NCBI RefSeq assembly: GCF_021869535.1
Contig: NW_026262582.1
Span: forward strand, 8,680,001 to 8,744,000
Length of the DNA stretch: 64,000 bases
Reading direction: 5' to 3'
Source of the DNA: Mytilus californianus
Lineage: Eukaryota
The translations under genes were made by a program, and so were the position numbers. Shown here piece after piece: positions 13,690-27,583 of this stretch. The notes under the pieces are model-generated. The model saw nothing but the letters and a program-made list of their open reading frames with translations, had not been told where the DNA came from and made no database searches. Position 1 is the first letter of the stretch. Each line of letters begins with the position of its first letter.

Positions 13690-14413
13690 TGATATGACGT
13701 ATAAATGTAGTGTTTTGTACTTCCTAAATTTGTCTTTGTAACAATCTTTTTTCCACGGAACACGCCAATTTTTGAGAAAATATCCAAATTCGGAGACCGT
13801 TATCTATCCATGTCTTATACACTTTCGCGCATGCTCAGTCGACGTACTGCCCTCGAAATCTATATTACCTTATCTGTACGCCGTATCTGTCAGGTGCACC
13901 ACCAAACGGTGTATTTGGGATTTGCTATATACACGGGTCATTATACAGGGTTGACACTACTAAATTCAATCATTGTCACATTGTTTCCTAAAATATTAGT
14001 ATTGTAGTAATTTATTCAGCATAGCTTTATATGATGACAATACGAATACTAAAAATCCAGACTTAAAATAAGGCGTAGGTACAGTTTCCAATGTGTTAGC
14101 CGGCATGACGTGAAAACGGCGAATCAAAGAATTCAACTTTATATATAACTAATATAGGACAATGGTGTTGATTGAAAATTACTAGTACACAATTCCAGGC
14201 CCCTGTGACTTCCAAATAATTAATATTATCAATAATTAATAAGTTCCAGTCAACGGTTCAAGCAGAAATATTTTGAAAGCAGATAAATCTGTGCGTCTTA
14301 TAATCAGCATGTCTTTATCAGATGACAATAGCAATACTAAAAATCCAGACTAAATATAAGGCTTAGACATGATTATTATAATTATGATTTTATTCAGTCA
14401 CGGGTGTGTTCTA

Positions 14414-14414
<1 letters not shown>

Positions 14415-14465
<51 letters not shown>

Positions 14466-14470
14466 ATGTA
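14415..14470. repeat. (TA)n-(TG)n compound microsatellite
   Basis: Direct reading; another (TA)n tract is at about 4557-4581. Confidence 0.95.
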
Positions 14471-16714
14471 TGCTGTTTGTATATAGTTCTATTTTTATTC
14501 ATTTTTGTCATAGGGTTTTTGAATTTATAGCTTATATGTTTGTTATACAGAAGTTTGTATGCATTCGTTTAAATACACAACTGTTTTAAAAATCGTATTC
14601 GTTTTAACATCTCACAACTTCATTTAGAAATTTTTTTTTTTTAATGCACAACTTCATATAAGAAAAAAAAACGTATTTGTTTCTATACGCGGACAACTTC
14701 ATTTAAAAATCGTATTTATTTCAACATACAACTTCGTATAAAAGTCAGTCGAGTGTTCTACCGAAAGTACCTAGTATAAAATTTGGACGTTAGGTTAAGA
14801 GTTCAGTTGAATTTACAAAAATGATGTAGGTAGTTTAACGATAAAAAAAAGTCTGAATATAATCGGACAGATAAAGGAGAACCTACTGAAGTGGGAGTTC
14901 ATTTCTGTAATTTTTTCCCCAATTATGTTCTATCCTTTATATTTAAGCATCTCAGCTTTCTCTATTCTTTGTTTTTTAAGCCTATTAATCTCTATTCTGT
15001 AACCCCGTCTAGACCCTCCAGTAGGAGTTGATAATGATCGAGGTGGGAGATACGATATGGACATTCAAACTCATCATTCGAGATAAACTGACAAGTCCAT
15101 GGCAAACAGGAATTGATTAGCAATTTTTGCCTTGCAATAGGCTGTCTACGAAAACCTGAAAGAATTGTAACAAGGCTTCTTTAATAACATGCAGGGAGCG
15201 TAACTCACCACACGAGACATCGGATTTCACTTTCCCATTCAAATCGGAAGTTTTAGATACGGTTTATGTGTCTCAATCGTTAAGCCTAATTATGCAGTCG
15301 TTATATTCCGCTGCAATACGATGACTACAGGTGGCACGGTAGTATTTACTTTCCGGGAACTAGGTTGCTCTTTTGTGTACCTAAGCTACTTGGGTAAATA
15401 TATCTGAAGGTCCTCTCTGAACACTGTGATTGGATAAAAAATACAGCATCTACTGAACATATTTTCCGAAGCTGGGTCTGTATGCATAAAATATCTTAAG
15501 TTAAGTGTTCCTTAAACATAGATTTCACTAAGAATTTCCTTAGTTAAGTGAAATTCTTAAGTCGTATGCATAAAATTACTTTAGCCTTCACTTAACTAAG
15601 GAATGTTTAATTTTGGAACAACAGAAGTGAGCAAGCTCATTCATATTTGCCTTTATTTACCCGTTTATTGACAAAGTATCATTGAATTTCTCAAACTAGA
15701 AACACGACAAAGTTAACTTAATGAAGGAATCGGATACGGATGCTATTGCAAATAATTCTGTATATCGTGGTTCAAAGCTGAAAGAAAATATGAAATAAAA
15801 TTTTAAACATTAAAATCACTTTTCAAATAGATTATTTACTTTTCACAAATATCATATGAAATAAGTTTTAATCATCTCTATTGCAGTACATGTTAATCTA
15901 TTGACGATCAAGTATTTAAATTTTAATCCTTGTGCCTCTAATTAATTGAAGATAAAGGATTACAAGGATATTCTAATTACCAATAACGGCATCTAATCAG
16001 TAAAAGCCTGGCATATTTATGACATGTGTGAATAGAAATTCATGTTGTGTTTTCTTAACAATTTCAGAAAATTGACAATTAGGTAAACATTAAATAGCGT
16101 TGTTGTCAAATTACAACAGGTATTTATTTGCAGATTTGGCTATGTATAGAATTGTAGGAAAGATATATAATAACATAAAATATTTTCCCCAACAATTAAA
16201 ATTACGATATTGTTATGCCGGTGCGCGATTTTGGCGTTTCAATTTTTAGTGTTTGATTTATTTTCGTGTGTTTAATTTTGACACTTTCTTTTGAGGCACC
16301 AAATAAACCAAAATAACCCAATTTACGGTACTTAAAACATGTTAACAGAGGTTGTACGGGATGAAGGTCAGGGAAATGTGGACTAGGTCTTAAGACTTTA
16401 TGATTTTGTCCCAGGTATACTAGTGAAACAAATTCAGGGGAAATTTGCCTAGTAATATCTTAAGAATAAGCCTATATGTTTGAAAATTAAACCGATTTTC
16501 CATATGCGTGTAAAAACTGAGTACTTTTCTGTATACACAAAAATGAGATTGAGAAATAAGTGGTAGAATGAAAATGTAATTACCTTCTCTTATCTCTGGA
16601 TTCTGTTGATTATACGTGATTTTAAGAAAATTACAATGGTCGTTAATAATTATTTACAATAAACAAACGAAATATTACTGATATAATTATTAATCAATTA
16701 ATAAATGGTAGCTG

Positions 16715-16930
16715 AAAGAGGGACGAAAGATACCAGAGGGACAGTCAAACTCATAGATCGAAAAAAACTGACAACGCCATGGCCAAAAATAAAAAGACAA
16801 ACAGACAAATAATAGTACAGATGACACAACATAGAAAACTAAAGACTAAGTAACACGAACCTCACCAAAAACTGGGGGTGATCTCAGGTGCTCCGGAAGG
16901 GTAAGCAGATCCTGCTCCACATGTGGCACC
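16715..16930 (+). repeat. Dispersed repeat fragment inside the Harbinger-like element
   Basis: GGGACAGTCAAACTCATAGATCG...CTGACAACGCCATGGC is similar to 15055-15105; the 3' part matches 9905-9965 in reverse. Confidence 0.55.
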
Positions 16931-17465
16931 CTTAATCTATCCTTATTCTGCAATATGCATACTTTTGACTGATATTTTTTATCTATTATTGAAAATTTAA
17001 GGTAGCTCTATAGGTACATTTACCTTATACTTAAGTATAATCTTAGGCGTTTTCTTGTTATAAGGGGTTTTATGCATACCACTTAAGTTTTGTGGGTGTG
17101 ATTAAAAACAACTAAGTAATTTTACTAAGGAAATACTTAGTTTAAGAATTTTTATGCATACCACTTGGGGAAAAAGGGCGGAGTTTCCTTTAGCCTGGCA
17201 TCCCGGCCCGATATTTAGCTGCGCGTCGTATGGGCCAGGTGGGGAACAAATACCACGTGATCGATTCAGTGCCAGTTGACTCTGAATCTAAAGTGAGGCT
17301 GAATAAATATATGCATAATCTTGTAAACAACAAAAATGGCTTCAACAATCTACCAAATTATGATGTTAATAAGGAAAAAATGTGGCTCCCTTTAGATATA
17401 CTGGAAAACTTTCGGTGATGACATTAAATTATGTATTTATAAGTTTGATAGTGCTATTGGTCGTG

Positions 17466-20400
17466 ATGGATCCATCGAGACAGTTTGGTACACCCAGGAA
17501 ATCTTCCAAATTGTGCTGTGTATGTGGGACAACACCGAAAGAAAAGCGAAGTGTAAATGGAAAAAATAAAGCAGGGAAAAATATTTCGGTATTACTGGCA
17601 AGGTATGGACAGATTACCGTTTCAGAAGGGTGTTTGTGCAGAAGCTGCTATGAGAAATTATTGAAAATCGACCAAACTGTTTTAGACTTTAGAAATAAAT
17701 GTCAATCTTCAAAACCAGGTGTCAAAAGGTGTTTGAGTGACATAACCTCCATGAGCAATATAAGTGAAATCAATGTTAGTACAATTTCTCCGTCACCAGT
17801 TGCAATGTCCTTATTTCAAACGCCTAACTCAAGCAATTCACGGTCACAAGTTGCAGTGTCTCTATTTCAAACGCCTGTTGTTGTTAACAATAAGATTAAC
17901 ATTGAGAGTCCAGTGACTCCTGTGCTTCGGACTATAACTCCAAAACCAGTCAAAAGATCATTGTTAGATGACAGCGGATATATGTCTTCGTCTATATGTC
18001 CCAGCCCTATAGCAGTTTCCATAATGCCATCACCAGTGGTCAAGCAAACTGACCATTGCTACAGCAAGACTGTCACAAGTACTCCAAAGCCAAAATCAGC
18101 ACCATTGGTAAGATATTCTTATAGTTTTTATGTCATTGAATAAGAAGAATAAGAATAAGAATAGTTTTATTTGTCAATCAAGACGCCCATGAAGAGCAGA
18201 ATAATTAATACAATGTATGATATATACATTTGATTAACATATTGATTTTGTTGATTACAGTGATGAAAAAAATAAAAACAAAAAAAACCAAAAAAACACA
18301 TTTGTTATGGTCTATAAAGGACTTAAAATCATATATAATGACCTAATTTTTTGGATATGTATGCACAACCCAGTCTTCTTTGTTATTATGGACTGAATAA
18401 TTTATATCTTATAAAAATAACATACATTTTTATTGTAAATTAATATTTATTTCATTGTATTTTATTCAATATTAAAGAAACGTTGCTTCTGATTCAACAA
18501 ATCTTGCTTTCAGGTTGAACAGTTTCCATTGTCAGTAATTTAATAAAATGAATATAAATATTAATAACTACTAGTAGCACTGTAGTGTAATCACAAACAA
18601 CTTACAATGTATACTTTGAAAAATGTTGAAGTGACAAAATTAGCAGAAAACGCCCACCTTTTTTACAATTGTTATTGTATACATTGTACCACTAATATCT
18701 TATCAAGGATTATAGGGTAGGTGTCAACGAAACAACCCCTTATAATAACAAAATAATTTAAACTTAATAAATATTGTTAATGTCTAATGTAATTATGAAT
18801 TAAAATACATGTACATGTATCTTTGCACCTGCCCACATCATTTGAAATGTTAAAATGTATTAACCCAAACATTTAGTTCAACAATTCTACGTGTATGCAT
18901 GTACATGTAGAATCAAACAATATTGCCAACTTGGACAACTGTAAGCTAAAGTAGTATTCATGTGAACTAATAATTTTTCAGGCTTCAAAGAGTTCTACTA
19001 ATACTCCAGTAAACCATGAGGGGGCAGATGAAAATGTTACAGTTACAGTACCATCTTTAAGCAAAACTGAAAAAGCACATCTTGCTTCATTACTACATTC
19101 TGGTGGATACATCTCACACATTGGAGATCTGTTGTTAAAAAATAAAGATTTTTTGAAACATGTGACAAATTACTTCCAAACTGAAAGTGAGGAGAAAATG
19201 AAAATTCTAAATAAAGAAAAACATGGATTTGTTAGTGTTCTGATGAAAAAAACATGTGACAATATGTATGGATTTTCCTGGGACAAAATTTGTGAAGAAT
19301 TTAAAAGTCAGTTTCCCTTACTTGCAAGCATAGTGGAAGGTATAATGTCTTCTGGGGAGAAGAATAGAGACAAGATATTGCCAAGGATGGGAATGGTGTA
19401 TGCAGTTTGTGCACAGACAAGACACCACAAGCTAAGCTTAGTGCAGAGGATGATGACTCTATGCCTGTTAGACAACATAGCAGATCAAAAGGTATTGTGA
19501 TATTATATTATTGGATTGTAAATTGGACAATATGTGTCGGTTCAAAGTTTGTAAAATAAATTTAGAAAAGATTATAATGTTTTTATTACTTTATAAATGT
19601 TGAAAGAGCTCGAGCTTTTAAAAATATCTTTTGTTAAATAAAACTCAAAAAGTTTTCTATTTGAATTGTCTTAATTACTGACTTTTTTTCTCAATTATAA
19701 ATGATACGATGATGTACATTGTATGTAATAAAAATTTCTCTTATAAAAATGATAAACAGATCTTAATAGAAATAAAAAAAGGAAAGCAAAACCAACTACA
19801 TGTATCATGTGATGTATATATTTCAACCTTTTTCTCAACATGCTCAAATTCATTTTATAGCCTAGGTGATAACTAGTAGATGTAAGTATTGGGTGGTTGT
19901 GTGTATAAATGTATTACTTTATTCTGTGTATACGGTACTCTTTTCTTTAGATACAAATGTACATGTATTCGATAGTATAGTTTGTAAGTGCTTCAGTAGT
20001 TGGAAAGTTACAAAGCATATATAGCTGTATATTATATGGAACAAGCAAATCATGTTCATATGTACACAATTTATAAATTAAAAGATTAACATGTTTTACA
20101 AATGTTCCACTTTTCACCTATAAATGTAATGAAAAGCAACAAAAAAACGTAACCTAAAAAACATCAGTGACTGTACTTACACATGATGTCATTCCCTGCT
20201 GGAGCACTTTTGCCTGTAGTATATATCTAGCTGTATGTGTACATGTACTGTTTGTAGTTTATTATTATTTTCAAGTATATCATTGCATGGTTGTGGGACA
20301 ATTGTATTAATAATGCATTACTTCTATTCTTTATTTCATACATGTGTTAGCCATGTTTAGCCATGCACATTCTTTACTTAGGACTTTTTTAAAAGTTATA

Positions 20401-23400
20401 CGCATACACTGTATATACAATGTATATATATATACATAAGGTCAAAGACATGTTTTTCCCCATCCAGATATCCAACATGAATCATTGAATGTCCTTAAGA
20501 AATGAAGAATAAGAATTAATTTACGTGAGCAGTCATTTTATGTCTCTTTTGAATAGGAATTAATTTATACAAGCAATGTGTGTCTTTTAGAATCAGAATA
20601 TATTTTGTTCAGTATAGAAGGGGAAGAATATGACATGTAAGAGATACTCATCAATGACTTACACTAAAAAAACAGTAAAATTACAGAAAAGCAAAGGAAC
20701 TGCTCTTTTATTGTTGGTTTTCATCTAAGTCATAATGGTCACAGAGCCTTTAACACTTTTCAGAACATGAAATAATTAAAAATACATGTAGCCTACATGC
20801 ATGTGGCATTGTGCAATGTAAATGTTTGACAATTCAATGCAAACAAAACATTGTATATGTACATCTAGTGCAAATTCATAAAAGGGGAATGGAATTAAAT
20901 TTGAAGTTTTTTTTTTATATAACTGCAGTTTTTGTTGTCCTTTACTTTTTATGGTTTTTTCCCATGTGTTACTGTCTTTTGCCCTTTTAGATACATGTGT
21001 ACATGTGAATTAAGTCGTAAAATTGAAATCTAATTCACACCTTGGCGGCTTGGCCATGTGAAATCTTATAGTTTTAACTTTCTCACCAGGTGATTGCTGA
21101 TAAGAATTTACCTGTTTCTGCTTACTAATTATGATCAGACTGATAATTACATATGGTAATACTGTACATCAATTTATAAAGAAAAATAAATACTGTCTAA
21201 TTTTTACTTATTGATGTTAAACAAAAATTTGATACAGATGTCAAATGCAAAACAGACTTAAAAAAGAGTATCATATTTTATCTAAAAATAATCATTATCA
21301 TGATTATAACTTAAATTTTATAACATATATGGTTTGAAAAGTTTTGATGTATTGTTTCTCTTTATATATCTGAACATTCAATTAGGCAGACATTGATAGT
21401 TTTAATATGCTTAAATATATATATAGCTGTATCGATTGTATAGAATTTGAAAAAGCTAAATTATATATATAAATTCTTCTGGCTAGCATACATGTACATG
21501 TAAATGTGTACTGAACGACTGCTTAGACAAAGCTCATCATGAACAATGGTCTAGAAATTAAAAAAAATTGAATGCATTTTTTTTACATCGCAAACCACTT
21601 GATACATGTATGTGATATACATGTATGTTGAATTCAATTTTTTTTTTAAATGTTTGAAATTTGAAGAAAACCTGTATTACTGATACGCATACACATACTT
21701 TATGAGGCCTCCTTATTTTCTACCTTGTCATGGCTCTTAAAAATCTTCCACTGAAGTATGTAAGAAGTACATGTACATGTATTTGAAACAAAAATATTTA
21801 ACAACAATGACAATCAGAGACATGAATGAAAAGTAACTAAATCAAACTGTGGTAAACATTTTACTTTGACATTAATATAAATTTTGGTGCCATAATTTGA
21901 TACAGATGTATGTGAACTCCTAATTTCAAACTCTTAACAGTCTATTATAAACCTGCCAAAGGATCATTGACAAGAACTTCATTTTATATTTACAATATGT
22001 ATAGAATCTGTTGAAAAGGGAAAATTTCATTCATTGCATGCATACACCAGTTCAATAAAAAAAATAATAAATTTATTAGGTGCACATGTGCATGATGTGT
22101 ATCCATGACCTTATGTACAAATGTTAGTTGTACATTGACATACATGTATTGTGTTGAAGCTGGACTGCTATGTGTAATTCATCAAAACTAGTCAACAGTT
22201 GTTGTTATTTACAATGTAATTAAATGATTCAGTAACAATATGCTAATTTTTATGCCCCCGCTGTAGTGGAGGGGGCATTAATTTTTACCCTTGTCCGTCT
22301 GTACGTCCCAAATTTGGTTTCCTTTCTTTAACTTTAGTTTGCCTCAACCAAATGTTATGAAACTTATACACAATGCTCATTACTATAAAATACAGATCAA
22401 GTGTGAAATTGGGTGGCGTCACTTATATCGTTCTTAAGTTATGCCCCTTTCTAAACATAAAAATTGCTGAATTTTTCGTTTCCGTTCTTTAACTTTTGTT
22501 TGCCTCAACCAAATGTTACAGTACTGCCTGTGACATTATCTTATTAATGGTGGCCATAAAAAATATGGTCACCATGATGGCCCTAAATGTCCATCATTAT
22601 ACCTCCTGTTGCTTAATTAATACACAAGGTATTAATCAAAAACTTGTCAATGATAAAGGGAAATCATGACTGCATTGAAGTGTTAAAATTATATAACTTA
22701 CAGGTAAAGTGTCTCAGGTAAAATATATGTGTTTGTCAAATTTAATAACTTTCTAAAATAAAATGAAATAAAAAAACTAGTAGAACATAAAGCTTCCTAA
22801 CCTTTTTTTGTAAAAATTTTCTCATCACTGTTTGTTTTATTATGTTATACCTTTTAAATAATTCTGTCAATTAAAGTTATTTTTTATATGTATTTTTAGG
22901 CAAGTGAATAACAAATGAATATCATCTTCTAATATAATGCAAACTTTCACCCTGCCTTTTTCCATTAAAAAGGTGTTTCTCAAATTAATTTTCTAAAATC
23001 AAAATTGTTTATACTTACTGCATTTAACATTAACAAATGTTTAAGATTATCTTTAGGACTTATTCTATATAAAATTAAGGCAAATCATTATTTCGCTATT
23101 GAATAACTACATGTATATTCAAAATAATCATTATAGAAAAATTTAATAATATTTTTATTGTCATATAAACATATTACAATTAAATCAAGTTTCTGACAAC
23201 AACAAAAAACAACCAAAAACATTATAATGCAAAGAAATAACATTTCTATAAGAAATCAAAACACATGGAAAAAAATTATTAGGTTTCTGCCCTCAGATCT
23301 AATGACTTTTTTTTACATGTTCCATGTTATAGAGGTTTATTATTCCTTTTACTTTTTGTTCTTGGTTAAGAATTTATTCATAAGATTCAAGATTTTATTC

Positions 23401-26400
23401 ATAAACTGGTCAGAGACATTATTATGAGAAGGTAAACAATTTGCAAATAGATAATCTCATCTCTAAGTTGTTATGTTAATTTTACAAACAATTCTATCTT
23501 TTATAGGAATTTTTATCCACCATTTTCTATTTCTAAATTATGACCACTAATTCTTTACTTAGTGAAGCATTTGAGTTTACTGTTTTCATCATAAGTTTTT
23601 ATTTTATTTTCAAAAATATTCTTATATTTTTTCTTAAAGTTCATTTTTAATCAAGGCCTTAAAGAATCTAATTCATTCAACTCCCTGCAATTATTAACTT
23701 TATCTAAAAGGCCTGAGTTGAGTGAAATATTCTTTGCAAATGGATACCAAGAATATGTATCATGCATATGCCAGTCCTGCAGTTTCGACAATACAATACA
23801 CAGAACAAAAAGCGATTTAATTAATAGACCATAAAAATGTCACAATCTATATAGAAGTGTACTTCATTTTTTCTGGAGACAAATTTTGCCTGTTAACTGA
23901 CAAAATTAGCCAAACTGAAGATAACATATTTGATAAGTTTACAATTGTATTTGATAAGTTTACAATTGTTTCAAAATGCAAGACAATTTTTTCTTTAAAT
24001 AATTTCTTTTCATAAGATTTACTTTATTCAGAGATAAGAACATTTTTCATTATGATTACCATTATGATTAGCATTTATCATGTTTATCAAAATTTGATGA
24101 TAACTAGGTAGCCATTTGGAAAATTTAAGTCTCTTACTTTAGTGATTGTTCATGCACAACTCCAGTTTTGAGATTTGAAAAATATAAAGATAAAACAAAA
24201 ATAGTTTATTCCTATACTATATAATGATATTTGTAGTTTTCCTGAAAAATAATCATGATAATAGATTGTACAACTCTGTTGACAAAATTTATTGTAAAAG
24301 GATTGATATTCATGATATTGATAATTTTCATTTCTAAGAAACAGGCTTGTTAAATTACTTGCTTCATGGTTCCTTTAAACATATCATTTGCATAATTATA
24401 AGTTATAATTAATATTAATTCATTTTATAATGCAAACAAACAATTGAATACCATGTACATATGTGCAATAACTTTTTTTTACTGAAAAAATATTTATTTA
24501 AAGGATTCTCTGTTTTGTTTTCTACTCAAGATTCTTTCCAAGCAGAAATTTAAAGATTAAGAAGCAAAAAAACAAATAACATAAAAAAATAAAAACATTA
24601 GATAAAAAGGAAAGTATGTAAATTTAAAGACAGAAAAATCAACGATATGAAATAACAAAGACTAAAACAACATTCTATTCTACATTTTCAAGAAAAGGTG
24701 AAATGTCAATTTGATAGGAAACCTGAGTTACCTGTACAGTTTAATTTTAATGAAACATACAAGCTGAAAACTTCAACCCTGATTGATTTCAACAGGTAAC
24801 ATAATTAGATAAAACATCAACCTATGTTTTATGACCCCAGTAAATGGCCAACATCTCAAGATTGAATACCCCAATAAATGGCCACCATTCAATGGTGACC
24901 ATACAAGAGGGTGGACATAACTAAGAGGAAGTCACAGGTTGTACTGTATGAAACTTATACACAATGCTTATTACCATAAAATACAGATCAATTAGAAATT
25001 GGATGGCTTCGCTTTTACTGTTCTTGAGTTATGCCCCATTCTAAACATAAAAATTGCTGAATTTTTGGTTTCCATTCTCTTACTTTATTTTTTTTGTATT
25101 TCAGATTTATGACCGGTTTCAGCCTGTTGGTGTATGTCTAAGCTATGAGCAGTCACAACACCTTTTGCATGAAGTAGGCCAGTCATACACACAATAACTT
25201 GCTGCTGCCATAAATGAGGGCAAAAGATTAAGGATAGTTGGCGACAATGTAAACTATGCTGTTGGCATCAGGGACCAGAGGTCGCATGACAATGGAAAAA
25301 CACAACACCTTCATCATGCATTTGCTTCCATTGCTTTGATCCATGATGTTGACTTTGCACACCTTTCCTCGGAACGACCACAAAAGCCTTGGACTGATGT
25401 AAATGTACAGGATTTGCTCATGAATCAGGATGACTACCAAGCATTAAGACAAGACTATATTAATCAAATTGTAACTGTTGCAAAAAAGCATATTCCATAT
25501 TTTAAATTCTTGGAAGACATTTCTCTACAGAACCCTATAGCTACAGGTACTATAACCAAGACAAGTGAAAACCCCAAAAAAACTAAGGTCATTCCACTGG
25601 AGACTGTTCTTAAAAATGAAATGTACTATTCTGATGTTGTAGACATTTTAGACAGTTATGAAAACATATTGGAGACAACATTCAATGCAGCAGGAAAAGA
25701 AGTAACAGATGATGTCAAAATCCACATTGGTGGTGATCAACTTACCCGTGAGAGGTTTTCTGGTGCAAAAGGTTTAAGAGCAGCTGAAAACAATGTGAAA
25801 AATCGCTTCGGACACCTGACCCCTGTAACATTTGAAATGTTTCATCTTCTCATGAACTTCTTGCAAGGATTTTTTGACTTTTTGTATAGTGACAAAAGTG
25901 CGGGAGACCTTGGGACCCTCAAGTGTGAGATAAATAGAGTAATGAGAAGTCAGGTTGACCAAGATGTTAAAAAGGCTTATGATGCAGATAAAGACTTTGT
26001 GATTGCCTTTTTAAATGCATACATTGTTGAACTATTATGTGAACGTTTTGGAATGGAGGACCATCTATCAGTCCCAACCAAAAATATTCCACCAGAATTT
26101 TCATCAGTAGAGGAGAAAAAGATATGGATGAATGAGGTGATTGGAAAACTGGTTGATGAAATGGTGTGGCCAAAAAAAATTGAAGATATCCAGGATGATG
26201 TTATTGGTAAGCATTAATACATGTAGCTTATAGTATACAATACAACTTGTAATTACTTCCATATTTAAGCATCTGGCTTTCAAATTTTTTGGCTTATAGC
26301 ATTCCTGATGAAGATTAATCTAGAAAAGCACTTCAACACTAACTTTTATAAAGTGTTAATGTTATATATTTCCTTACTTTTCACATACCTGTATATAAAA

Positions 26401-27496
26401 CATATTTACTTTCACAATCCGACATAGTTATATAAGACTATATATCCCTAAAAAGGAGATGTGGTATGATTGCAAATGAGACAACTATCCACCAAAGATT
26501 GAATGAAGTGAATGTAAGCAATTATAGGCAACTGTACAGCCTTCAATTTTGTTTCGTTTTGGTTTCTTTGGACACCAGATTTGTATTGAGATCAAACAAA
26601 ATACCCTTAAATCCTGTCAATGACTGTATACTGGCATGGGTACCTTAGCTTTAATTGTTTAAAGTTCATTTGCATTTTTAACGGTTGTTTCATATAGTTA
26701 AACTTGTGGAATTAATTCTTGGTTAATGTTATTTTCAGAGGATGGGCAGTACCTACCAGTAACATTGAAATTGTCAAATGGAACTGAGATCTCAATTTGT
26801 CCCAGAATCAGAACAACCAATAAGAAGTCGGTTGATGAAGGAAGTGACAAGGTTAAGAACTATGGACATTTAGTGTTAGAATTGGGTATGCTGTTTAAAG
26901 AGCTGTTGGGTGTTTGCAAATCTCCAGAACGGAATCAAATGTTGAGGTTGTTGAAGCACAGTATGACAGTATTTAAAGCGAGGTCCAATAACAGCAAATA
27001 TGCTTTGGAAATACACCGCTTTCTGATACAACAAATTTCTACCTTGTCAGAAAAGGAGGCAGCTGAGGTTGTTACAGGAATGTTTGTCAACACCAAAGGA
27101 AAGGTGGACAGTTATATCCCTGCTGACTTGCAGATGGAGTATATGGTCAAGACCATAAAAAAACACATAAAACATATGTATTCCAACAAAAGTGAAGCAA
27201 ACATTGCAAAGCAGACCAGATCCTTATCAGGAATACAAGATTTATCAGAACATTTTGATAAAGCTAGTGGTGTAGTTCATAGATGCAAAAAACACAAAAA
27301 AAAGGATTCTGATGGTGATGAGTTATTGATGATTCAAGACTTAAGAAAACTTAGACCATTTTCGTTTCAGTCAGGGAGACTTCATAATGACTTTCCAAAC
27401 ATTAAGAAATCGGTTATTGAATATATGAATGTTGATCATTATCATTCTTGGATAAGATCTAGGATCGTTATCAATGCAAACGACCTAGGCCAATAA
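17466..27496 (+). pseudogene. AcademH-type transposase, unit 1 (premature TAA)
   Basis: Predicted GT-AG exons 17466-18107, 18982-19491, 25105-26206, 26739-27496 join in frame. TAA at 25195-25197 where units 2 and 3 have CAA. Confidence 0.8.
22519..24946. mobile_element. 2.4-kb non-autonomous TIR element with TA TSD, nested in transposase intron 2 (unit 1)
   Basis: CAGTACTGCCTGTGAC...GTCACAGGTTGTACTG imperfect TIRs (about 24/31), TA on both sides. Unit 3 shows the empty site AAATGT-TA-TGAAAC at about 56041-56054. Confidence 0.85.
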
Positions 27497-27583
27497 ATAT
27501 TCCTGACATATTACATGTACATGTACTGACTGTGCCTACTTCTCTTCAGCATTAATATATTGTACCTAAACATTTGTACATTT

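Noticed and set aside
13614-14190. Possible Helitron 5' end (TCTATACTACTAAA)
   Set aside because: No convincing 3' hairpin plus CTRR end could be paired with it.
17230-17418. 62-aa ORF repeated at each unit's left end, and other short ORFs repeated three times
   Set aside because: Their recurrence reflects unit duplication only; no motifs, and many are antisense to real exons or lie in introns.
18780-22150. Frequent TACATGTA/TACATG words in the introns
   Set aside because: They also occur in the flanking DNA and look like a genome-wide compositional feature; no enrichment test was possible.
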